IMG/VR virus record: IMGVR_UViG_3300025164_001013
Coordinates: 1-42,808 of that record
DNA length: 42,808 nucleotides
From: a virus
Strand: one strand, 5' to 3'
The notes beneath the pieces were generated by a model. The model was given only the letters and a program-made list of their open reading frames with translations, searched no databases and was not told the origin of the DNA. The stretch's first letter is position 1; every line of letters starts with the position of its first letter. Shown in pieces: positions 9,177 to 16,815 of this stretch. Made by a program: the position numbers and the translations under genes.

Positions 9177-9412
9177 TGCTCAGCCTCCCGCTGCGCATCG
9201 GCCTCGAGCGCGTCAAACAGGTCGAGCGCGTCGTGCGCGTCGAGCATGTCGTCGAGCGACCAGTGCGTCTCGAGCTCGTGCAGGGTCACGTGCACGCGCT
9301 CCGAGGTTAGGATCCGCCAGAAGTCCCAGTTGAGCCGGTCGGGGACTGGACGACTGGGCCCTTTCGGAACGACTCGATGGCGGCCCTCACGTTCACCACG
9401 CCGCCTAAAAAA
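9173..9412 (-). CDS. -1 frame extension of the tail chaperone (G-T / E+E'-like fusion product; full product 9795..9406 joined to 9406..9173)
   Basis: An open -1 frame starts upstream of the slippery site and ends at 9173, coupled to the tape measure start. The shifted reading gives ...NFASFL-RRRGEREG...LNWDFWRILTSE... Confidence 0.65.
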   Translation of the reverse strand, partial: FFRRRGEREGRHRVVPKGPSRPVPDRLNWDFWRILTSERVHVTLHELETHWSLDDMLDAHDALDLFDALEADAQREAEQ

Positions 9413-9795
9413 CTCGCGAAGTTCACCCCGATCGCGAACAGCACAAAGCCGAGCCACTCCTGGTAGCGCGGCGGGAAGTGCAGCTGTGCCTGGCTGTCGA
9501 GCGGGATCCACGCGCCCGTGGCGTTCTGGAATGCGCCGCTCTTCGCGAACGCGTCCGAGAGCTCGATCAGATCCGCAGCGCAGAGAGAGCGCGCGAACTC
9601 CGAGACAGCGCCTCCGATGTCGACCTCCGTCTCGGTGATCTCCCCCAGCGTCTTGCGGCCATCGAGCACCGCGGCGAGCGTCGGGCCAGCGACCCGCAGC
9701 ACGATCGGCAAGAGCCTCAGCGCATCGTTGAGCCGGAGCTGCGTGACGCGATAGCTGTGCTCGCCGATGCGGCGCTCGTGCGCTTCGAGGGCCAT
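9307..9795 (-). CDS. Tail assembly chaperone (lambda G / P2 E-like, zero-frame product)
   Basis: ATG at 9795 overlaps the tube gene stop (TGATG). Lies between tube and tape measure. Contains the slippery heptamer near its 3' end. Confidence 0.7.
   Translation of the reverse strand: MALEAHERRIGEHSYRVTQLRLNDALRLLPIVLRVAGPTLAAVLDGRKTLGEITETEVDIGGAVSEFARSLCAADLIELSDAFAKSGAFQNATGAWIPLDSQAQLHFPPRYQEWLGFVLFAIGVNFASFLGGVVNVRAAIESFRKGPVVQSPTGSTGTSGGS
9406..9412 (-). promoter_or_regulatory. Programmed -1 ribosomal frameshift slippery heptamer T TTT TTA
   Basis: Minus strand reads AGT TTT TTA GGC in the zero frame (X XXY YYZ). The -1 frame is the one open to 9173. A GGCGGC(9405..9400)/GCCGCC(9384..9379) stem can form directly downstream. 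Confidence 0.65.
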
Positions 9796-10223
9796 CAGCT
9801 GCCGCCGCTGATCGAGACCAGGTGTGCGCAGCGGAACTTCCACTCGTTCGTGCCCGACGTCTTCGAGTACTTCGGGTCGGGGCCGCGCGCGATCCAGCAC
9901 TCCTTGGCGGTGTGCAGATCGTGGCCGAGCTCGTCCTTGATATACAGCGGCGCGACGCCAGCGCCGCCGCCCTCGAGCTTGTCGGCGGCGTGCACCGCCG
10001 TCAGCGCGCCGTTGTCCGGGTGCGTGTCGGTGAGGCGCAGCGTGACGGTGGCGCGGTCGTCGTTCGTTTGCTCGCGCGTGACGTCGCCGGTCGCGCCGAC
10101 CGAGTCTGTGAAGGCGTCGGCCTCGCGAGAGATCTCGACGAAGCTCTCATCGGCGAACCCCTCGATCGTGAGACCGGCCCACACGAAAGTCAGCTTCTTG
10201 GGGTTGCGCAGCTTGAGCGTCAC
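9795..10223 (-). CDS. Tail tube protein (DUF3277-like)
   Basis: 142 aa. Immediately after the sheath gene (ATGA-type overlap). The beta-rich sequence pattern is as in DUF3277 tube proteins. Confidence 0.7.
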   Translation of the reverse strand: MTLKLRNPKKLTFVWAGLTIEGFADESFVEISREADAFTDSVGATGDVTREQTNDDRATVTLRLTDTHPDNGALTAVHAADKLEGGGAGVAPLYIKDELGHDLHTAKECWIARGPDPKYSKTSGTNEWKFRCAHLVSISGGS

Positions 10224-11536
10224 ACCGCCACCTTGCCCTGGATCTGCACCGTGTGAATCGCACCAGCGCAGCGGCCGGTGAAGGCGATGTCGGGACCGAC
10301 GCGCGCAGCACGATCGACCGACGACATCGCCGCGACCTTCTTGGCCGTCACGCTATAGGGAGGATCGTCAGCAAGGCCGCCGACGTCGACCGCATTGCCG
10401 AGGCGGGCGTGCACCACGTTGACCAAGATCGCCGCGCCAGCATCCGTGTAGGGGATCTTCACCCGCTTCACGAGCTCGGCGAAAACGTCCTCTTGGATGC
10501 GCGCGTGCAACCAGTCGACGAATCGCGTGATGTCGGCGAACTCGCCGCCGGCGCTGAGCCCCGGGAAGGCAATCGACTTGCCCGCAACCTCGTAGTAGTA
10601 GTTGCCGCCCTTGTCGTGAATGGCGGTGCGCTCGGAGGTCTTGAGCGCTGATACCGTCACACCGCCGAGCGACTTGAAGGCCCAGGTGTCGCTGCCTGGA
10701 TCGCTCGGGAAGCGATCCCCCATCCACGCGGCGCCTGCGTACTGCAGGTTGTTCTCGCTGTAGATCGGCACCGTGCGGACGTAACCCGCAGCCACCAGTT
10801 GGCTGAGGATGCAGTCGGTGACGGTCGAGTCCTTGATCTCGCTGTCGGACAGCGTCGCCACGAACTGGATCTGGCGAGCCTCCGCGTAAGCAGCAGCGAC
10901 CAACACCTCGGCCGCGCCGTTGCTGTCGAGCAGGAGGCCGTACCACGCCGGGTCCTCGGCCGTGATGGCCGCGAGGTCCGCCGCGAGACCAGGATCTGCA
11001 GTCAGGTTCTCGACGCCGAGCTCGCTGTGCAGGTGCGTGCTGCGGATCGACGCGAGGTCGCCGGTCGCGACCGTCGTAACGGTCATGTGCGTGGTGTTGT
11101 CCGCGCAAGCGACGCCAGCGAGCGCGTCGATCATCGGCTGGATGGCGTCGATGATGCTCGCCACCGACGCGCTGCCCGGCACCGTGTAGGTGATCTCGGT
11201 GCCGTCGACGTCGAACAGGTACACGAAGCCCTCGGCGGTGCTCTTCGGCGTGAGCCTATAGGTGAACACCGGCGCCGTCGCGCGGCGGCCGACCTTCAGC
11301 GTGGTGATCTTCGGGTTTTGGGACAACACCGCTTGCGCGACCAGGTAGGCCGCGCTCGTGACCGCGAACCCGTCCGCCACCATCGCCTCGAGGGCGTCGG
11401 CGGCATCGTACGTGAGCACCCGCTGGCCGATCTGCACCGTGTGGTACGCGGCGATCAGCGGCACGCCGAAGCCTGCGCGCGTGAGGCTCGCGATTTCCTT
11501 GTCGATCGTGACTTGGACCAGCGTGTCGAGGCTCAT
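10220..11536 (-). CDS. Tail sheath protein (DUF3383-like)
   Basis: 438 aa. Position upstream of the tube. N-terminus MSL..LV.V.I.......TRAGFGVPLI is typical of DUF3383 sheaths. Confidence 0.8.
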   Translation of the reverse strand: MSLDTLVQVTIDKEIASLTRAGFGVPLIAAYHTVQIGQRVLTYDAADALEAMVADGFAVTSAAYLVAQAVLSQNPKITTLKVGRRATAPVFTYRLTPKSTAEGFVYLFDVDGTEITYTVPGSASVASIIDAIQPMIDALAGVACADNTTHMTVTTVATGDLASIRSTHLHSELGVENLTADPGLAADLAAITAEDPAWYGLLLDSNGAAEVLVAAAYAEARQIQFVATLSDSEIKDSTVTDCILSQLVAAGYVRTVPIYSENNLQYAGAAWMGDRFPSDPGSDTWAFKSLGGVTVSALKTSERTAIHDKGGNYYYEVAGKSIAFPGLSAGGEFADITRFVDWLHARIQEDVFAELVKRVKIPYTDAGAAILVNVVHARLGNAVDVGGLADDPPYSVTAKKVAAMSSVDRAARVGPDIAFTGRCAGAIHTVQIQGKVAV

Positions 11537-12120
11537 GGTGGCGGTCCTATCAGCTTGCCGGCGACCTGCAGATTCGCGGGAAGCGCGTCGCCGTCGATGT
11601 TACGGAGGTCTGAGGAGACCCGCACGCGGTTGAACCAACCGAGCGTCCCCACAGCGTGGTGCACGGCAAATGCCACTTCGAGATCGAAGAGCGCCTGCTG
11701 CTCGAGGCGGCCAAGCACGTCGTCGGCGAGGATCGAGATGTCGCCCATGCCGAGCAGCGCAACGCCCTGCCCTGCGAGCCAGTCGATCGTGCTCGGCAGC
11801 AGAGCCGATGCCTGTAGGCGATCCGCCCATTCGAGCGCGAAGCTACTCGGGTCTTGCTCCCGCGAGACGATTCGACACTGCACAGCGACCAGGCGGAGCC
11901 CGCAGGACGTGGCGTGGAAGTCGCTCCCGTCTCCAGGGTCAGCGAGTGTCAACGAGTCTGCACCGTCCTGACGGACGCTCACGATGCTGAGCTCGGCATA
12001 GGGCTTGTAAACCACCGCCGCTGCTTCGTGCTGCCACAGCACCGGGATCTGCTGCGGCGCCGTGCTCGACTCGATCCAGGCCCGTAGCGCTTCATAGAGC
12101 GTACTCCATTGGGCGGTCAT
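11533..12120 (-). CDS. Neck / tail terminator-like protein
   Basis: 195 aa. Position between the connector genes and the sheath. Coupled at both ends. Confidence 0.45.
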   Translation of the reverse strand: MTAQWSTLYEALRAWIESSTAPQQIPVLWQHEAAAVVYKPYAELSIVSVRQDGADSLTLADPGDGSDFHATSCGLRLVAVQCRIVSREQDPSSFALEWADRLQASALLPSTIDWLAGQGVALLGMGDISILADDVLGRLEQQALFDLEVAFAVHHAVGTLGWFNRVRVSSDLRNIDGDALPANLQVAGKLIGPPP

Positions 12121-12575
12121 TTGACCTCTGAGCTGATGGAGTTTCGGAGCTGGCCGTGGTGGATGAGAGGCGTGCTCGAGCCCTTGCGGGCCACAGTTGC
12201 GGGTGCATTGGGCGGAGCAATCCCGTCGGCGATCGCCTGCTTGACATCACCGACGACGACCTCGCCGAGCAACTCCAGTCCGTCGCGCAGAGTGCCATTG
12301 CCGGACAACGCCGCTGCCCCCACCGCTCGCAGGATCCCGAGGTAGCGCGTCTGGTGCCGGTCCACCGTGGATCGCAGAAAGGATCGCTGCGGGATCACGG
12401 TACTGCCGACCGTCGCGCCGTATTCGTGGACGGCGCCGATCTCCGCATTGGTGAGCGTCGATCCTCGGTGCTGGGCGCCGGCCTCTGTGCCCTGGATCCC
12501 CACCGTAAGCTCGCCGCGCTGGCCTGCAGCGCGCACCAGCTGTGCCCATCCTCGGTCGCGCTCCACGAGGGACAT
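12117..12575 (-). CDS. Head-tail joining / virion morphogenesis protein (HK97 gp10 / Mu G-like)
   Basis: ATG at 12575 overlaps the upstream stop (TGATG). The C-terminal motif PLIHHGQLRNSI is typical of this family. The remaining 216 upstream codons of the 368-aa tracked ORF are Arg/Gly-rich and rejected. Confidence 0.6.
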   Translation of the reverse strand: MSLVERDRGWAQLVRAAGQRGELTVGIQGTEAGAQHRGSTLTNAEIGAVHEYGATVGSTVIPQRSFLRSTVDRHQTRYLGILRAVGAAALSGNGTLRDGLELLGEVVVGDVKQAIADGIAPPNAPATVARKGSSTPLIHHGQLRNSISSEVK

Positions 12576-12862
12576 CAGAGCGCCACCGGGCCCCGGTAGG
12601 TCAGCCGCCTGAGGCGCAGATACGCGTCCAGATAGAGCGTGCTGCCGTCTTTTCGCACTAGCTTTGCGCGCTCCCCGAGTGGGCTCGACGCCACCACGTG
12701 CGCGGCGTAATAGCCCGCTCCCTCGTAGCTGCGCTCGCCCCACACCGCGGCGAAGACGACCCGGTGCGCTTCGTCGATCGCCGCCGCAACCACCGTCCCC
12801 GGCGCGTTCGCGAACTCGGGGAACCGGGATAGGAAGGTCGCGCTGGTCAGCAGCGTCGGCAC
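12575..12862 (-). CDS. Head-tail connector protein (DUF4054-like)
   Basis: 95 aa. The motif FLSRFPEFAN near the N-terminus is characteristic. Synteny after the capsid genes. Confidence 0.55.
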   Translation of the reverse strand: MPTLLTSATFLSRFPEFANAPGTVVAAAIDEAHRVVFAAVWGERSYEGAGYYAAHVVASSPLGERAKLVRKDGSTLYLDAYLRLRRLTYRGPVAL

Positions 12863-12865
12863 GCT

Positions 12866-13390
12866 TCAGCTCTTCGGGCTGGTTCCCGACTCCGGTCCGG
12901 CCTGCGGGTCGCCCTCGAGCTCGCGCAGTCGCGCGAGCAGCACCTTGGTGACGCTGACGCGCTCTTCTGCGCCGAGGAACGCCTCGAGCTGGTCGACGTC
13001 GTTGCTCGACCGCACGTGCTCGATGGCCGCCTTGGCGGCCATCGCCCGGAAGGCCGCCAGGTCGACCACGCCGCCCTCGGCGTCGTCCTGCTTGTCGCCC
13101 AGGCGCTGCGCTTCGTTGCGCGCCGCGTCCTTCGCGGTCCGCTCGGCAGGCGTGCGCGTCGCTTCGAGGTGCGCCGTCAGGGCTGCCGTCATCGTGACGA
13201 CCACCCAGCCCTTGCGCTGCCACAACGCGAACTGCGCGTTGCCGAGCGCGCGAGCGGCGAGCCCCGTCGAGACGGGGTTCTCTCCGGGGACGAGCCTCAC
13301 CGCGCCGCCGACCTTCTCGCCGGGCAGCTTGCCGAAGACCATCGAGAGGACCCTCGGTTGCGTGTTTCGGACCTTCACGAGGTCAGCCAT
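12866..13390 (-). CDS. Hypothetical head-module protein
   Basis: 174-aa ORF with high GC3, between the major capsid and connector genes. No motif recognised. Confidence 0.5.
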   Translation of the reverse strand: MADLVKVRNTQPRVLSMVFGKLPGEKVGGAVRLVPGENPVSTGLAARALGNAQFALWQRKGWVVVTMTAALTAHLEATRTPAERTAKDAARNEAQRLGDKQDDAEGGVVDLAAFRAMAAKAAIEHVRSSNDVDQLEAFLGAEERVSVTKVLLARLRELEGDPQAGPESGTSPKS

Positions 13391-13438
13391 GGGAACGATC
13401 TCCTTTGCGGGGCCGGCATGCGAGCTCGAGCCCGGGAA

Positions 13439-14410
13439 TCAGATGCCGTCCATGCGCGCGAGCGACAGCGGCTCGTAGATGGCCATGCCGCCGACGCGCG
13501 CCTCACACGGCACCTGGAAGGCGAGACCCTTGATCTGCGGCTCGTACTCGGTGAAGGGAAGCACCAGCATGAATTGCAGCGCCTGGGGGTTGTTCCAGTA
13601 CGTGAGCGCGGCGGGACCGCCGTCCTCGCCGGCCGTCTCGAGCTTGTGCCACGAGGCGATGTTGCGGATGTTCTGGGCGTTCTTCTTGAACACCGTGAGG
13701 ATTGAATCGCTGTTCTCGGCCGCGCCGTAGGGCGTGCCCGAGATGTAAGCGAGCCGCGTGGGAGGCAGCAGCAGCGAGTCGCTGAAGCGATTCTCGTGCG
13801 TGTTGAGGCCGACCTCGGCGTCGAGCGCCATCATGTCGGAAAGCACTTCCTTGGCGGTCTTGTCGCCGCCGTTCCACTTGGAGTCGGAACCGGTGCCGGG
13901 AGCGGCTGCCCCCAGGATGGGCAGGTTCGGATGCGTGAGCACGCCGCGCAGCTTCGAGGGCGCGTCGCCCACCGCTGCGATGCGGTCGATCAGGCGATCG
14001 ACAGCCGCACGCGCCGCGAGGCGCTTGCGCGCCGGAAGCGGTCGCCCGCTCTTCGCTGCGGCCCGCAGGTCCTGGCGGCTGTATTGGTAGCCGTCGCCGA
14101 GCGATCGGATCTTGCCCGTGACCTCGCTCACCACGACGTCCACCATCGGCAGGTCGTCGGCGTAGTTGGCGATAATCTTCGCAACGCCCGTCTGGTCCCA
14201 CTCGTCGTAGCTGTACGTCTCGGCGCCCGGATCGATCTCGGTGTTGATCGGAAAGTACAGCAGCGAGCGGAGCGGCGTGTAGCCGACCTCCGTCTCGATC
14301 GAGAGCTTGTGCATCAGCTCGCGCACGAGCACGGCCGTCTCGTTCGCGTCGAGACGGAACTCGGACGTGAGGTAGGTCGAGAGCAGTTGCTGGAGCTGTT
14401 CCTCGGTCAT
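13439..14410 (-). CDS. Major capsid protein (DUF2184-like, HK97 fold)
   Basis: 323 aa. GAGG Shine-Dalgarno sequence before the ATG. Sequence pattern and position after the DUF2213/decoration genes. Confidence 0.8.
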   Translation of the reverse strand: MTEEQLQQLLSTYLTSEFRLDANETAVLVRELMHKLSIETEVGYTPLRSLLYFPINTEIDPGAETYSYDEWDQTGVAKIIANYADDLPMVDVVVSEVTGKIRSLGDGYQYSRQDLRAAAKSGRPLPARKRLAARAAVDRLIDRIAAVGDAPSKLRGVLTHPNLPILGAAAPGTGSDSKWNGGDKTAKEVLSDMMALDAEVGLNTHENRFSDSLLLPPTRLAYISGTPYGAAENSDSILTVFKKNAQNIRNIASWHKLETAGEDGGPAALTYWNNPQALQFMLVLPFTEYEPQIKGLAFQVPCEARVGGMAIYEPLSLARMDGI

Positions 14411-14468
14411 TTCGAATGCCTCGTGTGAGTGTGGCTGTGGCTGTGGTGCCCGCCCGCCTAGCGCTCGA

Positions 14469-15242
14469 TTAGAGGAGCTCGATTTGCGCCAGACCGGCGC
14501 CGGTGCGGCCTTTGCAGAACTTCGCGTTGGGCACCAGTGCCGCAGTCGTGGTGTCGGCGTCGGCCCGGAACGCGCCGAGCTGCGATCCGCCCGAGCCCGA
14601 GGCGTAGCGGCAGTACACGGCGCCGCCCTCGTTGACCGTGCCCTCGGTGTTCACCCAGATGCGACCGCGGTGCTTGATCGAGATCGCGTCGCCGTCCTTG
14701 TAGCCGCCGGCGTTGGCCTCGCGGGCGGTGTCGCAGCGAGCGACGCCCAGGAAGGTGCCGGCCGTGATTTCTCCCGTGAGACGCGGCAGTCGGCATTGCT
14801 CGGCCTGCGAGGCTGCGCGGGGATCTGTGACGACGCCGATTCCGAACGGCACCTCTTGGCCCTGCGCGACGAGCGTCGCGGCCGTGATGTCGGACGAGCC
14901 GCCGGCGACCGCCACCGTCATGTCCGCGTCCTCGCTGGTGTTCTCGACGAGGATCTTGTTCGTGCTCGAGCCCTCGGCCGTGAAATCGCCCGAGGCCGCC
15001 TGCAGGTCCGACAGCAGCCCGTCGCGCACTTGCTGCGTGGTGCTGGTCGAGGCCGTGAAGCTCGCCTTTTCGACGCCGTTGATCGTCACCGTGTAGGCGC
15101 CATCGGCCGGCGTGGCGTCGACGGTGATCTCGACCAGCTTCTGCGTGGTCAGCACGCGGGAGATCACCTCGCTCAATCCCGTATCGACATCGCCGCCAGC
15201 CATTCCGGCTGCGGGGGCTTCGCTGTAGCTGAGCTGCGGCAT
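14469..15242 (-). CDS. Capsid decoration / cement protein (DUF2190-like C-terminus with extra N-terminal domain)
   Basis: 257 aa. AGGAGAG Shine-Dalgarno sequence 6 nt before the ATG. C-terminal beta-rich domain (GDAISIKHRGRIWV...) as in DUF2190 head proteins. Confidence 0.5.
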   Translation of the reverse strand: MPQLSYSEAPAAGMAGGDVDTGLSEVISRVLTTQKLVEITVDATPADGAYTVTINGVEKASFTASTSTTQQVRDGLLSDLQAASGDFTAEGSSTNKILVENTSEDADMTVAVAGGSSDITAATLVAQGQEVPFGIGVVTDPRAASQAEQCRLPRLTGEITAGTFLGVARCDTAREANAGGYKDGDAISIKHRGRIWVNTEGTVNEGGAVYCRYASGSGGSQLGAFRADADTTTAALVPNAKFCKGRTGAGLAQIELL

Positions 15243-15290
15243 CGGTTCTCTCCTGTCGTGGTTCGTATCGGGACCGTGCGCGCGGTCAGA

Positions 15291-16547
15291 TCACCAGGTG
15301 TGCGCCCAGGCGCGCGTGCGCTGCTCTTCGGCGTCCTGCCGACGCTTGTCGGCGGCGTCCTTGTCGTCCTTGCGCGCGCCGGCCGATCGATCGCTCTTGT
15401 CGTTCAGCGCGCGGCGCGCGCTGTCGTTGCGGTCGGTGGTGCGCTTGGTGACCTTCTCGTCCGCCGTCTCCGCGTCGAAGCGCGCCGACACGTAGTCGTC
15501 GCTCTTGCCCGTGAGGTCGAGCTTGTCGTCGAGCTTCTTGAGCACCGCCTCGCGGACCTGGCGATCGGTGAGACCGTCGTACTTGTAGTCCTTGTCGAGA
15601 ACCTTCGCGGCCGCAGCGACGACCGCGGTGCGGGCCGCCACGAGGGAGTCGAGCCGCTTGGGATCCTCGAGCTCGGTGATCTTCTTCTTGCCGTCCGCCA
15701 CGTCCTTCTCGAGGCCGTCTGCGCGACCTGCCGCCTTGTCGCGCTCCGAGGTCAGCTGCGTGATCTGCTCGTCACGCACGAGCAGCGCCTTGCCGACGTG
15801 GGGTGCCAGCGCCTTGGGGATCTCGTAGTCGACGCCATCGATTCGGATCGTGATCAGGTCCATCGGCTTGCGCGCTCCGGGTGACGGTGGGTGCGATACA
15901 TAACTTACCGGCGGCTCAGGAGACCCGGACGCGTCGAAGCACTCTTCGAGGACCGCGCCCTCGGCGCCCAGGTCGAGATCTCCCTTGGCGTCGAGCTTCA
16001 GCCTCACGTCCTTGCCCTGCCGTCCCCAGTTCTCCGGCCCGAGCGCTACGTGGTTGTAGACGATGCGCCGTTGAATGGCGTCGTAGGGCTCACCGGTCGT
16101 GACGTGCGGACCGTACAGCGAGCCGTCGAAGCGACCCGACGCCACCTCGATCGCGCAGTCGTAGCCGCACGACAGCTCGACGCGATCGCGGCGCTCGACG
16201 CCGTCGATCATGTGCGCATCAACCACCGTCATCGAGGCAGCGACGTGCACGCCGTCGCCGTCGCGACGCACGTCATCGCCGACGTGGCCTACGCCGTAGC
16301 TGCGCACGTTGGTGGGCTTCACCATCTCGGGCGGGTGCAGGTCGGTGACGGGCGCGCCGCGCAGGCTCGCCAGCGAGTCCTCGCGGAACACCTCGTCGGG
16401 TGGCCGGAGCTCGCGCACGGTCGTACCGTCGGCGCGTCTGTAATTGAAGACGCCTACGCGAGTCGGATGGCCGTCGACGCGCAGGAAGCCCTGCGAGGTG
16501 CGCCGGCCCTTCGTCGGCAGACGCGAGAAGTCGTAGCGCGCGGGCAC
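15291..16547 (-). CDS. Scaffold / prohead protease-like protein (DUF2213-like) with charged coiled-coil C-terminus
   Basis: 418 aa. N-terminal pattern GFLRV....TR.GV..Y is typical of DUF2213. Lys/Asp-rich helical tail typical of scaffolds. Confidence 0.6.
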   Translation of the reverse strand: MPARYDFSRLPTKGRRTSQGFLRVDGHPTRVGVFNYRRADGTTVRELRPPDEVFREDSLASLRGAPVTDLHPPEMVKPTNVRSYGVGHVGDDVRRDGDGVHVAASMTVVDAHMIDGVERRDRVELSCGYDCAIEVASGRFDGSLYGPHVTTGEPYDAIQRRIVYNHVALGPENWGRQGKDVRLKLDAKGDLDLGAEGAVLEECFDASGSPEPPVSYVSHPPSPGARKPMDLITIRIDGVDYEIPKALAPHVGKALLVRDEQITQLTSERDKAAGRADGLEKDVADGKKKITELEDPKRLDSLVAARTAVVAAAAKVLDKDYKYDGLTDRQVREAVLKKLDDKLDLTGKSDDYVSARFDAETADEKVTKRTTDRNDSARRALNDKSDRSAGARKDDKDAADKRRQDAEEQRTRAWAHTW

Positions 16548-16581
16548 GCCTCGACCTTAGAGGTCGGTGAGGAGGCCCGCT

Positions 16582-16815
16582 CTACTGCCAGCCGCCTGCG
16601 TACTTCGGCGCCTCGATGCCGCGGGCTCGGAAGTGCTGCTCGCGCAGCCCGAGCAGCCGCTTCCACATCGCAGACTGGTCGCGCTGCAGGGCACCGAGCG
16701 AATACCAGACGTTCTCGGGGAGCTCGCCCGTCTCGTCGAGGTAGGCGAGCGCAATCGCCTCCGCGCCTGCGGGGTCGTCTTTCTGGACGTTGTCGTACAG
16801 CTCCACTGCCCTCAT
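16582..16815 (-). CDS. Small protein coupled to the Mu F-like gene (candidate immunity/partner protein)
   Basis: ATG at 16815 in ATGA overlap with the stop of 16812..18509. 77 aa, acidic N-terminal half. High GC3. Confidence 0.45.
   Translation of the reverse strand: MRAVELYDNVQKDDPAGAEAIALAYLDETGELPENVWYSLGALQRDQSAMWKRLLGLREQHFRARGIEAPKYAGGWQ

Noticed and set aside
14484-15884. Long plus-strand ORFs antisense to the structural genes (e.g. 14484..15884 at 466 aa, 5450..6610 at 386 aa, 15891..17288 at 465 aa, 20046..21617 at 523 aa, 28409..29839 at 476 aa)
   Set aside because: - They are Arg/Ala/Gly/Pro-rich and low-complexity.
- They lie opposite ORFs with clear phage-family motifs.
- They are the shadow frames expected in very GC-rich DNA.
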